A stretch of DNA of 63,995 bases, counting the filler, from Rhabdomonas costata (taxonomy: Eukaryota), in assembly GCA_019059605.1 (NCBI GenBank). It is 14 parts of 14 records of this genome, joined end to end, with 100 filler letters (N's around TTAATTAATTAA, not from the genome) between each part and the next. Parts side by side here need not be neighbours in the genome. Positions count along the whole stretch, not along the records: positions 9,227 to 13,735 come from JAHMHO010000223.1; positions 13,836 to 18,345 come from JAHMHO010000224.1; positions 18,446 to 22,956 come from JAHMHO010000225.1; positions 23,057 to 27,556 come from JAHMHO010000226.1; 10 more parts are not named here. One strand, written 5' to 3'. A program made the position numbers and the translations under genes. The notes beneath the pieces were generated by a model. That model did not search any database and was not told where the DNA came from. It saw only the letters and a program-made list of their open reading frames with translations. Below, one piece after another: positions 12,701 to 23,539 of this stretch (its first letter is position 1; the number at the start of each line of letters is the position of its first letter).

Positions 12701-13355
12701 CCGCTCAAAAAGGATTGGTGTGTGCTCAAAGGAAGGCAATACACCAAAACCTGCAGCTGGAAGTAGAACTGGATTGTACACAGGGTGCGGGCCAAACGAA
12801 GCACAGTTGCCGAAAACAAAACAACGCCAGGAACGCATAAAAAATACACTATATCAACACCCACCCACCCTCTACCTTCAGGGCGATTGCCAAAACCCAC
12901 TGCCCGCAAAGACCGCGCGGACACCCCGCAGTAGCCGATGCACACCAACCCCAAGGGCACACCTGGACACCCCCGTCGTCGAGCAGCTTCTCCGAGAGGG
13001 CCAAGTACCGCCGGTTGGCAGACACGCAGAAGTCCACAATCATCGAGGTCTTCGGGGCCTTCATCAGGAACCGGTGCGTCTTGGCCTCGTAGTTGAACAC
13101 CGCGACGTGCTTCCCCACGAGGTACACCAGGGACTCGTTGTCCATGTGCTCTGCCGTGCGGCTGGTCAGCCGGCGGTAGCCCAGAGCATGGCAGAACCGA
13201 AGCGTGGCCCCGGTGAAGTCCGCGGAGAGCTTCTGCTGTACCACGGGGAGGTCCAGCTCGGGGTCCCGGATGAGCTCCTTGGAGTTGTCCCGAGACTCTC
13301 GAAGGTCCTTCAACGAATCCTTCGCATCCTTCGCCATGGGCTTCTCGTCAGCCAT
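9758..13355 (-). CDS. CFAP57: Cilia- and flagella-associated WD40 protein CFAP57/WDR65-like, 5' part
   Basis: ATG at 13355. Exons 13355-12963, 12236-12048, 11669-11523, 11286-11245, 10995-~10886, ~10541-10307 and 9904-9758 splice in frame. Motifs include LVYLVGKHVAVFN, VSANRRYLALSE, MDFSADNKYLVTV, CHSWF, and GFHSSSPTAIDVCIQKVIVVTAGLDKVVRVWNY, typical of CFAP57 (could be a paralogue). Confidence 0.8.
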
Positions 13356-14623
13356 TGTGAGGGAAGAGGAAAGGCAAACAGGAAGGGTTCAGGGGCTTAC
13401 AAGTCGTGCAAATGTACCATGCAACTGGAAACAACCAGAAAAATCAAAATGCAGCTGAGCGAAAAAAAAACACAGAACACAAACGGAAATACTTCATAAA
13501 CATCTTTCCTTTGAGTCCAGACCTTCCCTGTGGACGCAGTCATGGGAAAACAGTGATTCAGAGTGATTTTTGTGGGCTCCGGCCGGCAAGAGCTATTTGC
13601 CCCTGTTCGGTATGAAAGGGTCGTCAAGGTGAACGTTCAAGAAACCCTGACCCCCAAGGAGCGGCCACACAACATTTCAGGAGCCCTGCCTTGCATACAA
13701 AACACCCCAAGCCTGCTTCGGTTTAACCCTCTTCTNNNNNNNNNNNNNNNNNNNNNNNNNNNNNNNNNNNNNNNNNNNNTTAATTAATTAANNNNNNNNN
13801 NNNNNNNNNNNNNNNNNNNNNNNNNNNNNNNNNNNGGCTCACTGGTGAGGTTTATAGTATTCTTGCTCACATTTGGTCAACAGCAATGCGCAGGTCATTG
13901 GTTAGCTCCTCATCGGTTCGCTCCTCTTTTTCGATTGGTGTGCGATTGGTGCATGATTGGTGTTTTATGTTGCTGTCGTCCGAATCGTTTTCGTCACTGT
14001 TCCATTCCAAAAGCAGACTGTGCCATCTGTTTCCCGAAGCTGTGATTGGATCGAAACTTCCCCCCAATGAATAGCATGTGGGGAACTGATCACTGGAAAT
14101 GGCGTTTTTGTATTGAATCCTGCGTCTGCGTCCAGAAACCGCTACGAGGGGTCCTTCAAGGAAGACCGCCGAGACGGCAAGGGCCGGCTGATCTGTGTCG
14201 ACGGGTTGACTTATGATGGCTTCTGGAAGGACAATATGCGGTATAGCCTTCTCTCTGTTGTTCGGTTCCACCTTGAATGACACGGTGCTTCTTTGCATTG
14301 TCCAACCAACCACTAACAACCACTGACTTTGTTTTAGCTGATCCATCTCTCTGTGCGTGACATTTTCAGTCGTGGCCTCGAATTTGTTTGATTCGGCTAC
14401 TGCCCCTCTCTTTCTCCTTGTCATAATAACCCAAGTACGAACAGCGCTCCTTGTTGAATGAAGCTGTTTCCCTTTGATTCTTACTTACGCCCGCTTTGAC
14501 CATTGACAGCATCAACTCCGTTGCGTGGTGCTTGGTGTGGGTTGATTGGAAGGAATGTGAAAGCTGGGCGCGTTTGGTCTGATTTTCGTTTGAAGTTGGC
14601 TGTATCTGCACGGTACACCTCAG

Positions 14624-16052
14624 GTGCGGGCACGGTATACTGACCTTTCCGAACGGGGACCAGTATGATGGCGAGTGGCTCGACGACCAGAAGCATGGCA
14701 AGGCGTGTGCCCATTCCCTTTTCCCTTTTCCCTTTTCCCGTTTCTGTGGGCAGCCCTGTGCGTTGTCTCTCTTCGAACTTCCCGTCCTTTGCCTTTTAGA
14801 GATTCTCCATTTTATCAACCTAGTCTCACTTACCTTTCGTGGTGTTTGCTGTCAGGGAGTGGACACCTTTGTCAACGGCAACCGGTTTGAGGGCACCTAC
14901 TGCCGGAACATGAAGGCGGGACAGGGCGTGATGACCTTCGCCAACGGGGACGAGTACAACGGTGTTTGTGGAATAGTAGCAGAGCCCCACCCCCCCAAAT
15001 TCGCAATTCTTCGCATGATTGGTTGTACACTCAAGTTAGGGTGCACCTCTTTGTGAAGACATTTCTTGCGCCTGGCGAATCCAGGTGATCGTCACTATCT
15101 CCACAGCGCATGCTTCGAAGTACGGAGGATTTGCAGAGAAATTAGAAATTTGTGCCGTCATCCCCAAGGAGACCTGGTTGTCCCTTCTCGTGTTCAGGGT
15201 CTTGGCAGAACGACACGATGCACGGCCGCGGAGTGTACCGCTTTGCCAACGGCTACGTATACGAGGTTTGCATTTGCCGCAAAGAAAATAAATTCACTTG
15301 CAAATCCACGCTGGCGGTTACATTTCACCGTTTGGCAAAGCACGCCACTGCATAATTTTAAACAATTCTTTTTGCGCCGGTTCTCATTGTTTTCATGACT
15401 GTGCGGAAGTGATTCGGAGAACTGGCTGCGAGAACGACGATCCATTTTTTCCACTGGTGTTACCGTGACACAGTCATGGGAAACGACCTCTGCCTCTCAT
15501 CCCATCCTGTGTTTTCTCTCATTTTTTTCCCAGGGCGAATGGGAGAACGATCTCCGCCACGGCATGGGAACCTACAGCTACAACAACACCGTCTACAAAG
15601 GCATCACCCCTCCCCACGCTTTGTGCCACTGGCGCCTTCACATCTCCTCCTAATGAATCTCAAAAGACACCTCCATCGCCGTCCAATGCTCGTATCAGTG
15701 TTGTGTGTCACCACACAATGCATGCCGCAGTTGTTATGTTAACAGGGAGAGTTTCAGCGGAATGGATAATTCTGCGAGAACTGCCGCTGAATCTCAAAGA
15801 CAAGATATGATGATATGATGTCGCTCGGCAGAATTTCCCCCGAAAATTTCGCATGTAAGTTAAGAACGCCTCATTTGCATCCCGAAAAATCTCACTTTTA
15901 GGGTAACACGGGCAAATTTTCTGACTTTGCCCTGCTTTGCGTTTGGTTTCTGCCTTCCCGGTTTGCTCGGCTCAGGGGAGTGGAAAGCGGACAAGCGCCA
16001 CGGCAAGGGCACCATGACTGTCGACGGCGGTGTGGAAACCTACGTCGGCGAG
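14624..16052 (+). CDS. MORN-repeat protein, internal exons
   Basis: Exons 14624-14702, 14856-14961, 15198-15265, 15534-15600 and 15976-16052 encode tandem Y-x-G-x-W-x-x-D-x-x-HG-x-G repeats (e.g. YDGEWLDDQKHGKG, YEGEWENDLRHGMG). Low-complexity GC-rich exons at ~16553-16682, ~17312-17700 and ~18090-18287 may continue the gene. Confidence 0.9.
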
Positions 16053-18866
16053 GTTGCGAATTTTCTCTAACAACCTGTTCTTTCCCCTGCACAGTACTTG
16101 CTTGCACCGATATTTAAGCGGTAAGGGAGAGGGGTACTGGTAGTGGGCTTGTAGGGGAGCCAGAACTATGAGTGCAGTGAGTTGTAACAGAGCGGAGACC
16201 TTACTACTTGTGCATCCTGGGGTGGGTGCTTTCCTTACTTTCCCTCAAAAACTTGCTCAAACTTGCTCATACGAGCGGTCTTCCTGCATCGCTGCTTTCT
16301 ATAGCAGGTAACATCGTCAACTCAGATGTCCCACGTTTCTGTGATAGGCAAATACTGTTGCCAGAAGTGGACATGCGTTTGAAAGACAGGGTAAAAAACG
16401 TCATATCGGAATTGGTTGCGCACTATTTTCTTACTTTTCGGGTGTTACTTGCCTTAGTATAATCAAGGTTGTGGTTGGCTGCACCTGGCGTTGAATAGGG
16501 AGAGGGCGATGAATTTTCATCATTTGTGTGCATCTGCTGGGGGCAAACAAAGGGCTGGTCGTCCCCGGGCTCCCCTCCCCTTGGTGGAGACGAAGGCGCG
16601 AGGCTGCCCGTTCGCCCGCAGTGGCAGCCCCCACTCGACCTGCAGCTTCACACGGTGGTGTCGGCCCAGGACACCCTGAGCGGTGCTTGGTCGGACTCCC
16701 TCCCGAGAGCTGGTATCATGCATTGTCAGGGTGTTAGGGTGTTGTGAATTGCTTTGTGCTTCGAGCTGGTCAGCGTTCGCTTGGTGGGCTTGCTTTGCGT
16801 ACGTCCACCGGTGGTTGGTCTGTCTGGCGGTATTGCTTGCGGCTGTTGGTGCCAAGGTGCCAAGGTTTATGCAGGAGGTGTCGTGACTTGGGCGCTGTGT
16901 CAGATGTCGCTGGTTGTCAGACCCGTCATTTTGTTTGGTCATGGGCGGCCCACAAGTAATCCGTTTCCTGATCCATCGACGCTTGTGGAAATCGAGTTGC
17001 GGTTCTCCCTCCACCATGTTCCCCCTGAATCATCTCCATACGCTCGGGGCTCCTTTTTCCTTTTTCCTTTTTTTGCTGCCTTCCGCATTGCTTGTTCTCG
17101 CGAGCATGGAACGTTGTTGAGTTTGATCGGTGGAAATGGATTATCCTCGAATCTAACGTCAGACTTACCACTGTCCCAGTTTTCTGATTCACTCGATTGT
17201 GCATGTGGATAATTTTTTTGCGTCGGCTTGGCAGCTGTTTCATACACCCATACACTCAGAGACACCTCTGGATCCGCATAGCGTGGTGGTTCCCCAAAAC
17301 CCTCCCCGCAGAGTCTGGGCTGGGTGCCCCTGCCGCTGGTGGTGGGCAATGGTCCCGCGACGTTGCCCTGGACCTGCACACCGTGAAGGCGATGGACACC
17401 TTGCGACCTCCCGTGCATGGGCAACGGCCTGCTGTCGTCGCCTCGTCTGCCGCTGTTGGCCCCCCTGCTGGTCGCCGGGGTGTGCTGCGTGCCGCTGCCG
17501 CAGCAGCTGCTGCTGCGACCCGCCAGCAGACACAACCTCTGCAGCAGCAGCCTTCGATGCCGCTGCTGCGGCCGCTGATGCAGGAGGCCTCGAGAGCCTT
17601 GCCCCAGCCTCCTCTCCCTGCAGGAAGAGGAGTGGGTGGACACGCTATGGGGGCGAATGGAACCGCCGGGGTACCTACAGAGGGGCTCGCAGGGGGCAAG
17701 CCCGTTGTCCACGGCTCGCGGGAACTGAGGGAGCTTTCTAATTGGAGAACATTGATAGGAAGAAAATGCTGTCAATCCTAAACATGCACTCACTCATGCA
17801 CACGCACACAGTTCTATCATCAACCCGAAAAGTTGCTATTATAAGCGCCGATGGAAAAACCGGAGACTTAATTTGGTCACCCAAGATTTACAATACCCCT
17901 GTATGCACCGCTGGCAGTGCAAATCTTTAAGTTAGGCAGATGCAGAAACAAACAAGAGACTTGAGAACTGCGCAGAGTATTAACTGGGGGCCACACAGGC
18001 AAAGGGAACATTGCCCTCCTGCAAATTTCCCCTTTTCACGATGTGACCAAGCCTTGTCCCCGCGAGTGACGGGAGATCGCGAGTGACGGGAGATGGGCTT
18101 CCCCAGCGGCGCAGGGTTGGCGGGCCGCCCCACGGTTGTGGTTGGGGGCCGGTTCTACGGCGGTGGGGAGAAGCTTATGAGGACACAGAGCATGGGTAGT
18201 GGCCCGCCGCCCCAGGGTGGCGGAGTTCCCTTCTTTGACAGCTCTTTGGGGGCTGTCCTGGCGGACAAGCCCGTGCGCCGGAAGTAAGCTGTGCCCCTGA
18301 GTAGGGATGCGGCTGTCATCCCTGCATCCATGCCTCCCAACCCCCNNNNNNNNNNNNNNNNNNNNNNNNNNNNNNNNNNNNNNNNNNNNTTAATTAATTA
18401 ANNNNNNNNNNNNNNNNNNNNNNNNNNNNNNNNNNNNNNNNNNNNGGGGGTGTGTTTGGGGTTTGTTGGGCGGGAAGACGGAGGCCAAGCGCGGCAAGCG
18501 GGAAGCGAACCGCAAAGAGAACGGATATAGCATGGCGCTTGGGCGGATACGTGCCGGTCGTTTTAGTAAAGAGCGGACCAACCAATTTCAATGCTAGACT
18601 ATTGGGACGTGAGGGCTTTTGTGCATGCCTACTCTTACTTTGGTCTCTTCTTTTGGTTCAAAGGACGGAGGGAGTGGCGCATTTAACAAGAATCCGAACA
18701 TACCATGCTAGGTGTGGTTTGCCAGGAATGTTTCGAAATACCATCAAACACCAAGAAACGTTCCGAATTTCCTAATCTGCTCTGACATAAAACCACCATA
18801 CATTAGATAAGACCCCAACACTAGCGTCGTCTCTATGCTGGCACCGCTTCCGCTTGCTGCGCTTGC

Positions 18867-21800
18867 CGAAATGGCTGTCCACAACCCCAACGGCCTTGAG
18901 AAGCCGGGGAAGCGAAGGAGCGCAGCATGCAGAGGAAATCTGCTCAGCTTCATGGCGAGAAAGACCATGCAGGGGTAGGGTGACCCAGAAGTGGCATCCG
19001 CGGCCAAGACCTTCGCTCTCCACCCCTATCTCGCCCCTCCACAGCTCTGTCAGCTGCTTGCAGATGCTCAGCCCAAGGCCCGTGCCCCCAAACTGCCGGG
19101 TCGTCGAAACGTCGGCCTGGGTGAAGGGCTGGAATAGCCTGGCCGTCTGCTCGGGGGTGAGGCCAACTCCGGTATCTCGGACATGGAACACGATGGCTGG
19201 CATCTCTGCGCGAGTCAAGGTCAGCAGGCTTGTGGAGGAGGTTCTGGGAACAAGACCCAACCCTGGGTCTGGGCCATCGGGAAGCTGAAGGTAGGTTGCA
19301 GATGACGGCGACGCCTGGATTCGTGGGCTTTGCTGACAGCGGAAGCGATGCTCCAGGTCGAGCGTGATGAACCCCTGCCGCGTGAACTTCTTGGAGTTGT
19401 TCAGCAAACTTGAGAAGCGGTAAAGAAAATGCTCAGCGCATCAGTGGTTTACTGTTCCCATGTTGTTGTCCATGGAACCCTGTTTCAACCAAATGAAAAC
19501 GGCATTCAAAGGAAGATGTCGATGCAACGCTAATTTGTTACCCACCACCACCATCCCAAAAGAAGACAACGAGAACTGCGACGCGCCACCCGCTCCCTTG
19601 AAAACACAATATATTGCACGTTGCAGTTGTGTCGAAAGGGAGAATTGCGGAAAAGTTGCCAACCTCAATCGAAAACAGATCTCATTGTGTGGTGAAGGCA
19701 AAATGCATCGACTGCCAAAACGAAACTAAGAATACTCGGTCAAATTTGCGAAAAACCGGCTCGCACTGCTCCGTTTCTTACAGGATGTTCAAAAAGAAAA
19801 AACATCCAAACGGAGCCAAGAAAAAGTCCTTCCTGATATCCTACCGAAAAAACATAAACATAAACACGCAAAAAAAACCAGCCACATACTTAATCAGAAC
19901 TTGGCTCAGCCGCGTCTCATCCCCAATCACGGACCAGGGCAGATCGTGCGGAATGTTCACACTGACCTCCACCGTGGCACAGCTCTGCCCTCCCCGAAGC
20001 ACCGCAACCGCGCTCTCCACGCACTGCCGAAGGTCAAACCACCGGCTCTCCAAGGTCAGCTTTGAGGCCTCCAGCTTCGCGAAGGTCAGCACGTCGTTGA
20101 TGACGGCCAGCAGGGCCTTCCCACACAGCCCAATGGAGGCCGTGTACTGCTTCTGCACGCCGCTCAGGGAGGTCTTGGAGAGGAGCTCAGCCAGCCCGAT
20201 GATCCCCGTGAGCTGTCACCCGTCAACACAGAAGGCTCGAGTGCTGGTAGGATGAGAAACACAGGTGCAATGTGCAGAAATGTCTTGGTCGGGTTGGTGG
20301 TACCTTATTTCTTCAATCCATTGCAATCCTTTGGAGGTTCTTTTTTTTTGGCAAAAACTGAGATCTTTACTGGTAAATCCACTGATAAAGTTCCGCCCGG
20401 GCGGCTCCAGCTGCAGCAGGGTTCGCCCTGCTCCCATTGGTAGTAGGGGATGGCGGATCCCGCTTTATACTGTACAGGCTATACAGTGCTTTCTTGTGCA
20501 CTGAACAAGAGGTACAGCAGCTCAAGCACTGGGCCACCCGTGTACCACAGCTCTACTCGGAAAGAGCTCCCTGAGGACCGGGCCCACAAACTCGTCCTTT
20601 TCATTGATAATCCCGAAAAGGAGCGTTCCGCTGCAGCACTGGACGTGGTCACCCAGATCAAACTGAGGGCTGACCTGTACTACAACTACAGCTACCTCTG
20701 AATGAAAGGGGGCTCAAGCTCCACAAGCGGCACACCACCCTGCAAAAAAGCTGCCATGAAGTCATCGGCGTGCTCTTTGCGCGGAAGTCAAACCGACGAT
20801 GAGTCGTGACTTTGGGGGCGGTCACGTGGGCTCCAAGGGCTCAGAAATGTGGATGCTGAGGAAGCAGGGCTTTGTGCGCCCAAATGTGTCTTTCTGCTGA
20901 AGCCACTCCAGCGCAATTTTTTCATTGCGTACTACGCTGGTGATCAAAACAGGACTTCGTGCAGTAATGTGACCACAAAGGTAGGGTGCTCGTCAGGTTC
21001 TTCCCAAACTCAGCACAACATGCAACCTTTCCGGAGCGCAACTTCTGCGAATAACAATGACGCCTTGATTTAAGCCCAAGCCCTGGGTACCGATACACCT
21101 AATCCAACCCCCCGCAAACACACACAGACCGGAGAGCGAATCTCGTGCGACATCCGCGCCACAAAAGCAGCCCGGGCCTCTGCCGTCGCCACCGCCCGGG
21201 CCTCCGCAACCGTCCGCTCCACGATCTCCTCCCTCATTGTGTGCACGAGGTACCATAGCGCGAGCATTATAAACGGGGGCGCCACGAAGCACTCCGTGGC
21301 GTGCCACACCACCGATCCCACGCGGTTGTACTCGAAGGCCACTGGCAGCCCCATCGTGGCCTCCACCCCAACCCAGACCACGACGGTGACACAGGACAGC
21401 GTCGCCGACACCGCTGCCGCGGTGAAGCTCTCGTAGAGAATCAAGGTCAGCACAATACTCATCACGATCTGCAGGGTATTTGCATCAGGGAGGGCAACAC
21501 TTCTATACCGAACACATTCGCAACGCTAAGGGGTTGGGCTTGGGAGCACTGAACCGTTAACGCACGGTGTGTTGACAAACGTTCTTTTCTTCCTGCTTAT
21601 AAGCAATGGTAGCAGACCAACAGAAGTGGTCAAATACACAGGTGCACCGATCGCACACTAAGTCAGAGCAGAAAAGTTCCCAAATACAAAAGAAAGGGAC
21701 CTGAACACCCACAAAGGAGTTGTACTGAAATCCGCCTTGAGAGATCAGCGCGACTGGAGTGTACAGCCAGTTCAGCGCCACAAACAGTGTGCGGGGCCAG

Positions 21801-22102
21801 GCAAGGGCCTTCGTGCGGAAGTACGCCGCCGCGAGAATCCAGCTCGCAGGAACGCATCCAAAGTTGTAGACCACGGAAATCACCGGTCCAATGGTGGTTC
21901 CAAACCCCATCGTCCACCACCACAGCACGCCCATGATGAGCGGCAACGGCCAGCCCCCGATGAGGAAGAAGCCCAGGGAGACCTTCTGGCGCTTCAACGG
22001 GGCCGGGTCCCCGGGCTCACACAGACGTTGCTCCAGCCACCGCAGCCCAGAGAGCACGATCCCAGGAATATTCTTTTCAGGGGAACGCGAGCTTTGCGCC
22101 AT
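18867..22102 (-). CDS. Membrane-bound sensor histidine kinase (HisKA + HATPase_c, hybrid-type), 3' end missing
   Basis: ATG at 22102. Exon 1 (22102-~21701) and exon 2 (~21468-21130) are multi-TM. H-box AFVARMSHEIRSP|LTGIIG; INDVLTFAKLEA; N-box GDETRLSQVLIN|LLNNSKKFT; G1 VRDTGVG; F-box LFQPFTQAD; G2 RQFGGTGLGLSIC. Ends near VGVVDSH, possibly the start of a receiver-like domain. Confidence 0.93.
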
Positions 22103-23539
22103 TTCAGCACAGGTGAAATAACCAAGAACTTAGCGGGAAAAATAGGACAGTGGGGCAGGAAGACAAAATACTAAATGAGGAAGAATGATACTCAATTGGG
22201 AGGGATGGGTATTATTGGGACTTGGGACTGTATCTTCGGCCATGCAGTACAGCAAAAGTAGATGAAAGTAGATCATTGTTCGCCACGTGTGCATCCATTG
22301 AGGGCGGAGCGGACCCGCCTCACCACGCCGATAGTAAATTGGCTGCCTCCGGCTCGTCAACTGCGCAATTAGTTTAATGGTGGGGGGGCAAAGAAGATCA
22401 GGAAGAGTCGGCGCGCTCCCGTTGTGTCATCTTTATTTGAGAGCAATCTATATTGAGAGTGGGTTTAGCTCCGTGAAATGTTTTTGGGTATGACTTTGCA
22501 GTATGGCCTCTTGTTCTTTTCTTTTTGGGGAGGGGGGCGGCCGTTAACCGTTTGCACTGCACACAGTGCTACACGTTGGCACTGCTAAACGATAATAACT
22601 TGCACACACACTCCCCCCTCAAATTTAAATGTGTCTGTCTAGGGGACAGAAAACAGCATACCTAACCCATTTTTCTAAAAATAATGCATTTAGAGGTAGG
22701 GGGCTTAGTTTGCCCATCCCGGTAACCTAAAAATAACATCCGAAAAGGTGTCCGATTCGGCCGCTTAGCAGCGCTAAATGTTTAGCAGCCTAAACGAAGC
22801 ATCGCCCATACCAGGGAACGTCCCAACCATCCGCCCGCTCCGGCCGCCGTAGCGCCTGCCTTGGCATCTAATACACATTAATCCTTTTGTATTGTGATCA
22901 TTCTCCGTTCATTGCGCTTGCGTTCTGACCAAGCGCTTAGCGCCCCCCCCAACCACNNNNNNNNNNNNNNNNNNNNNNNNNNNNNNNNNNNNNNNNNNNN
23001 TTAATTAATTAANNNNNNNNNNNNNNNNNNNNNNNNNNNNNNNNNNNNNNNNNNNNGGGGGGGTGTGTTTGGTTGGGGTTTGCACAGCAGACTGGGACGA
23101 TGAAGTACGGCTCTGCCCGGGCAACGAAGTCGAGGGCGCTAAAAAAAGTGGCCGCAGACAGTGCCCGCTCAAGTGCGCGCTCGGACACTGGAGCGTAACA
23201 TTTCTAAAGGGTTTCGCCTTTCTTGCACACAATGCGGCAAATGCGCAGTTTTTTTTTACTGAGAATTCACTCATGAGAATTCAAGTCAATCAAGTAGTTG
23301 GTCCGCATCCTAAACAGTACGGTGCCACGCTTGATACCATTCAACTAACGAGGAAGTGGCTTTCTTTCAATGTAAAAGGTGAGGAGAGGAATATTTTTCT
23401 GCCCACTATTCTTCATAATATCACTGAACCCTACACCATGGAAATGATTGAAAAATTTGTTTCAGGTTTCAAAGAACTGGTAATTGGTTTTTTCAAGTGC
23501 AAAAAAGAAGAGGTCGGTATGCGATGCAATTTTGCCACA

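Noticed and set aside
12663-13499. Long plus-strand ORF of 278 aa, and similar antisense ORFs at 16939-17793, 29000-29566 and 54385-55140
   Set aside because: Shadow ORFs opposite GC-rich true exons; no recognisable motifs.
13867-14424. 185-aa minus-strand ORF
   Set aside because: No recognisable family or exon-like composition; cannot be supported as a gene.
18446-18470. G/T-rich contig starts and C/A-rich contig ends resembling telomeric repeats
   Set aside because: No periodic unit such as TTAGGG. They occur at many contig ends and look like low-quality read tails.
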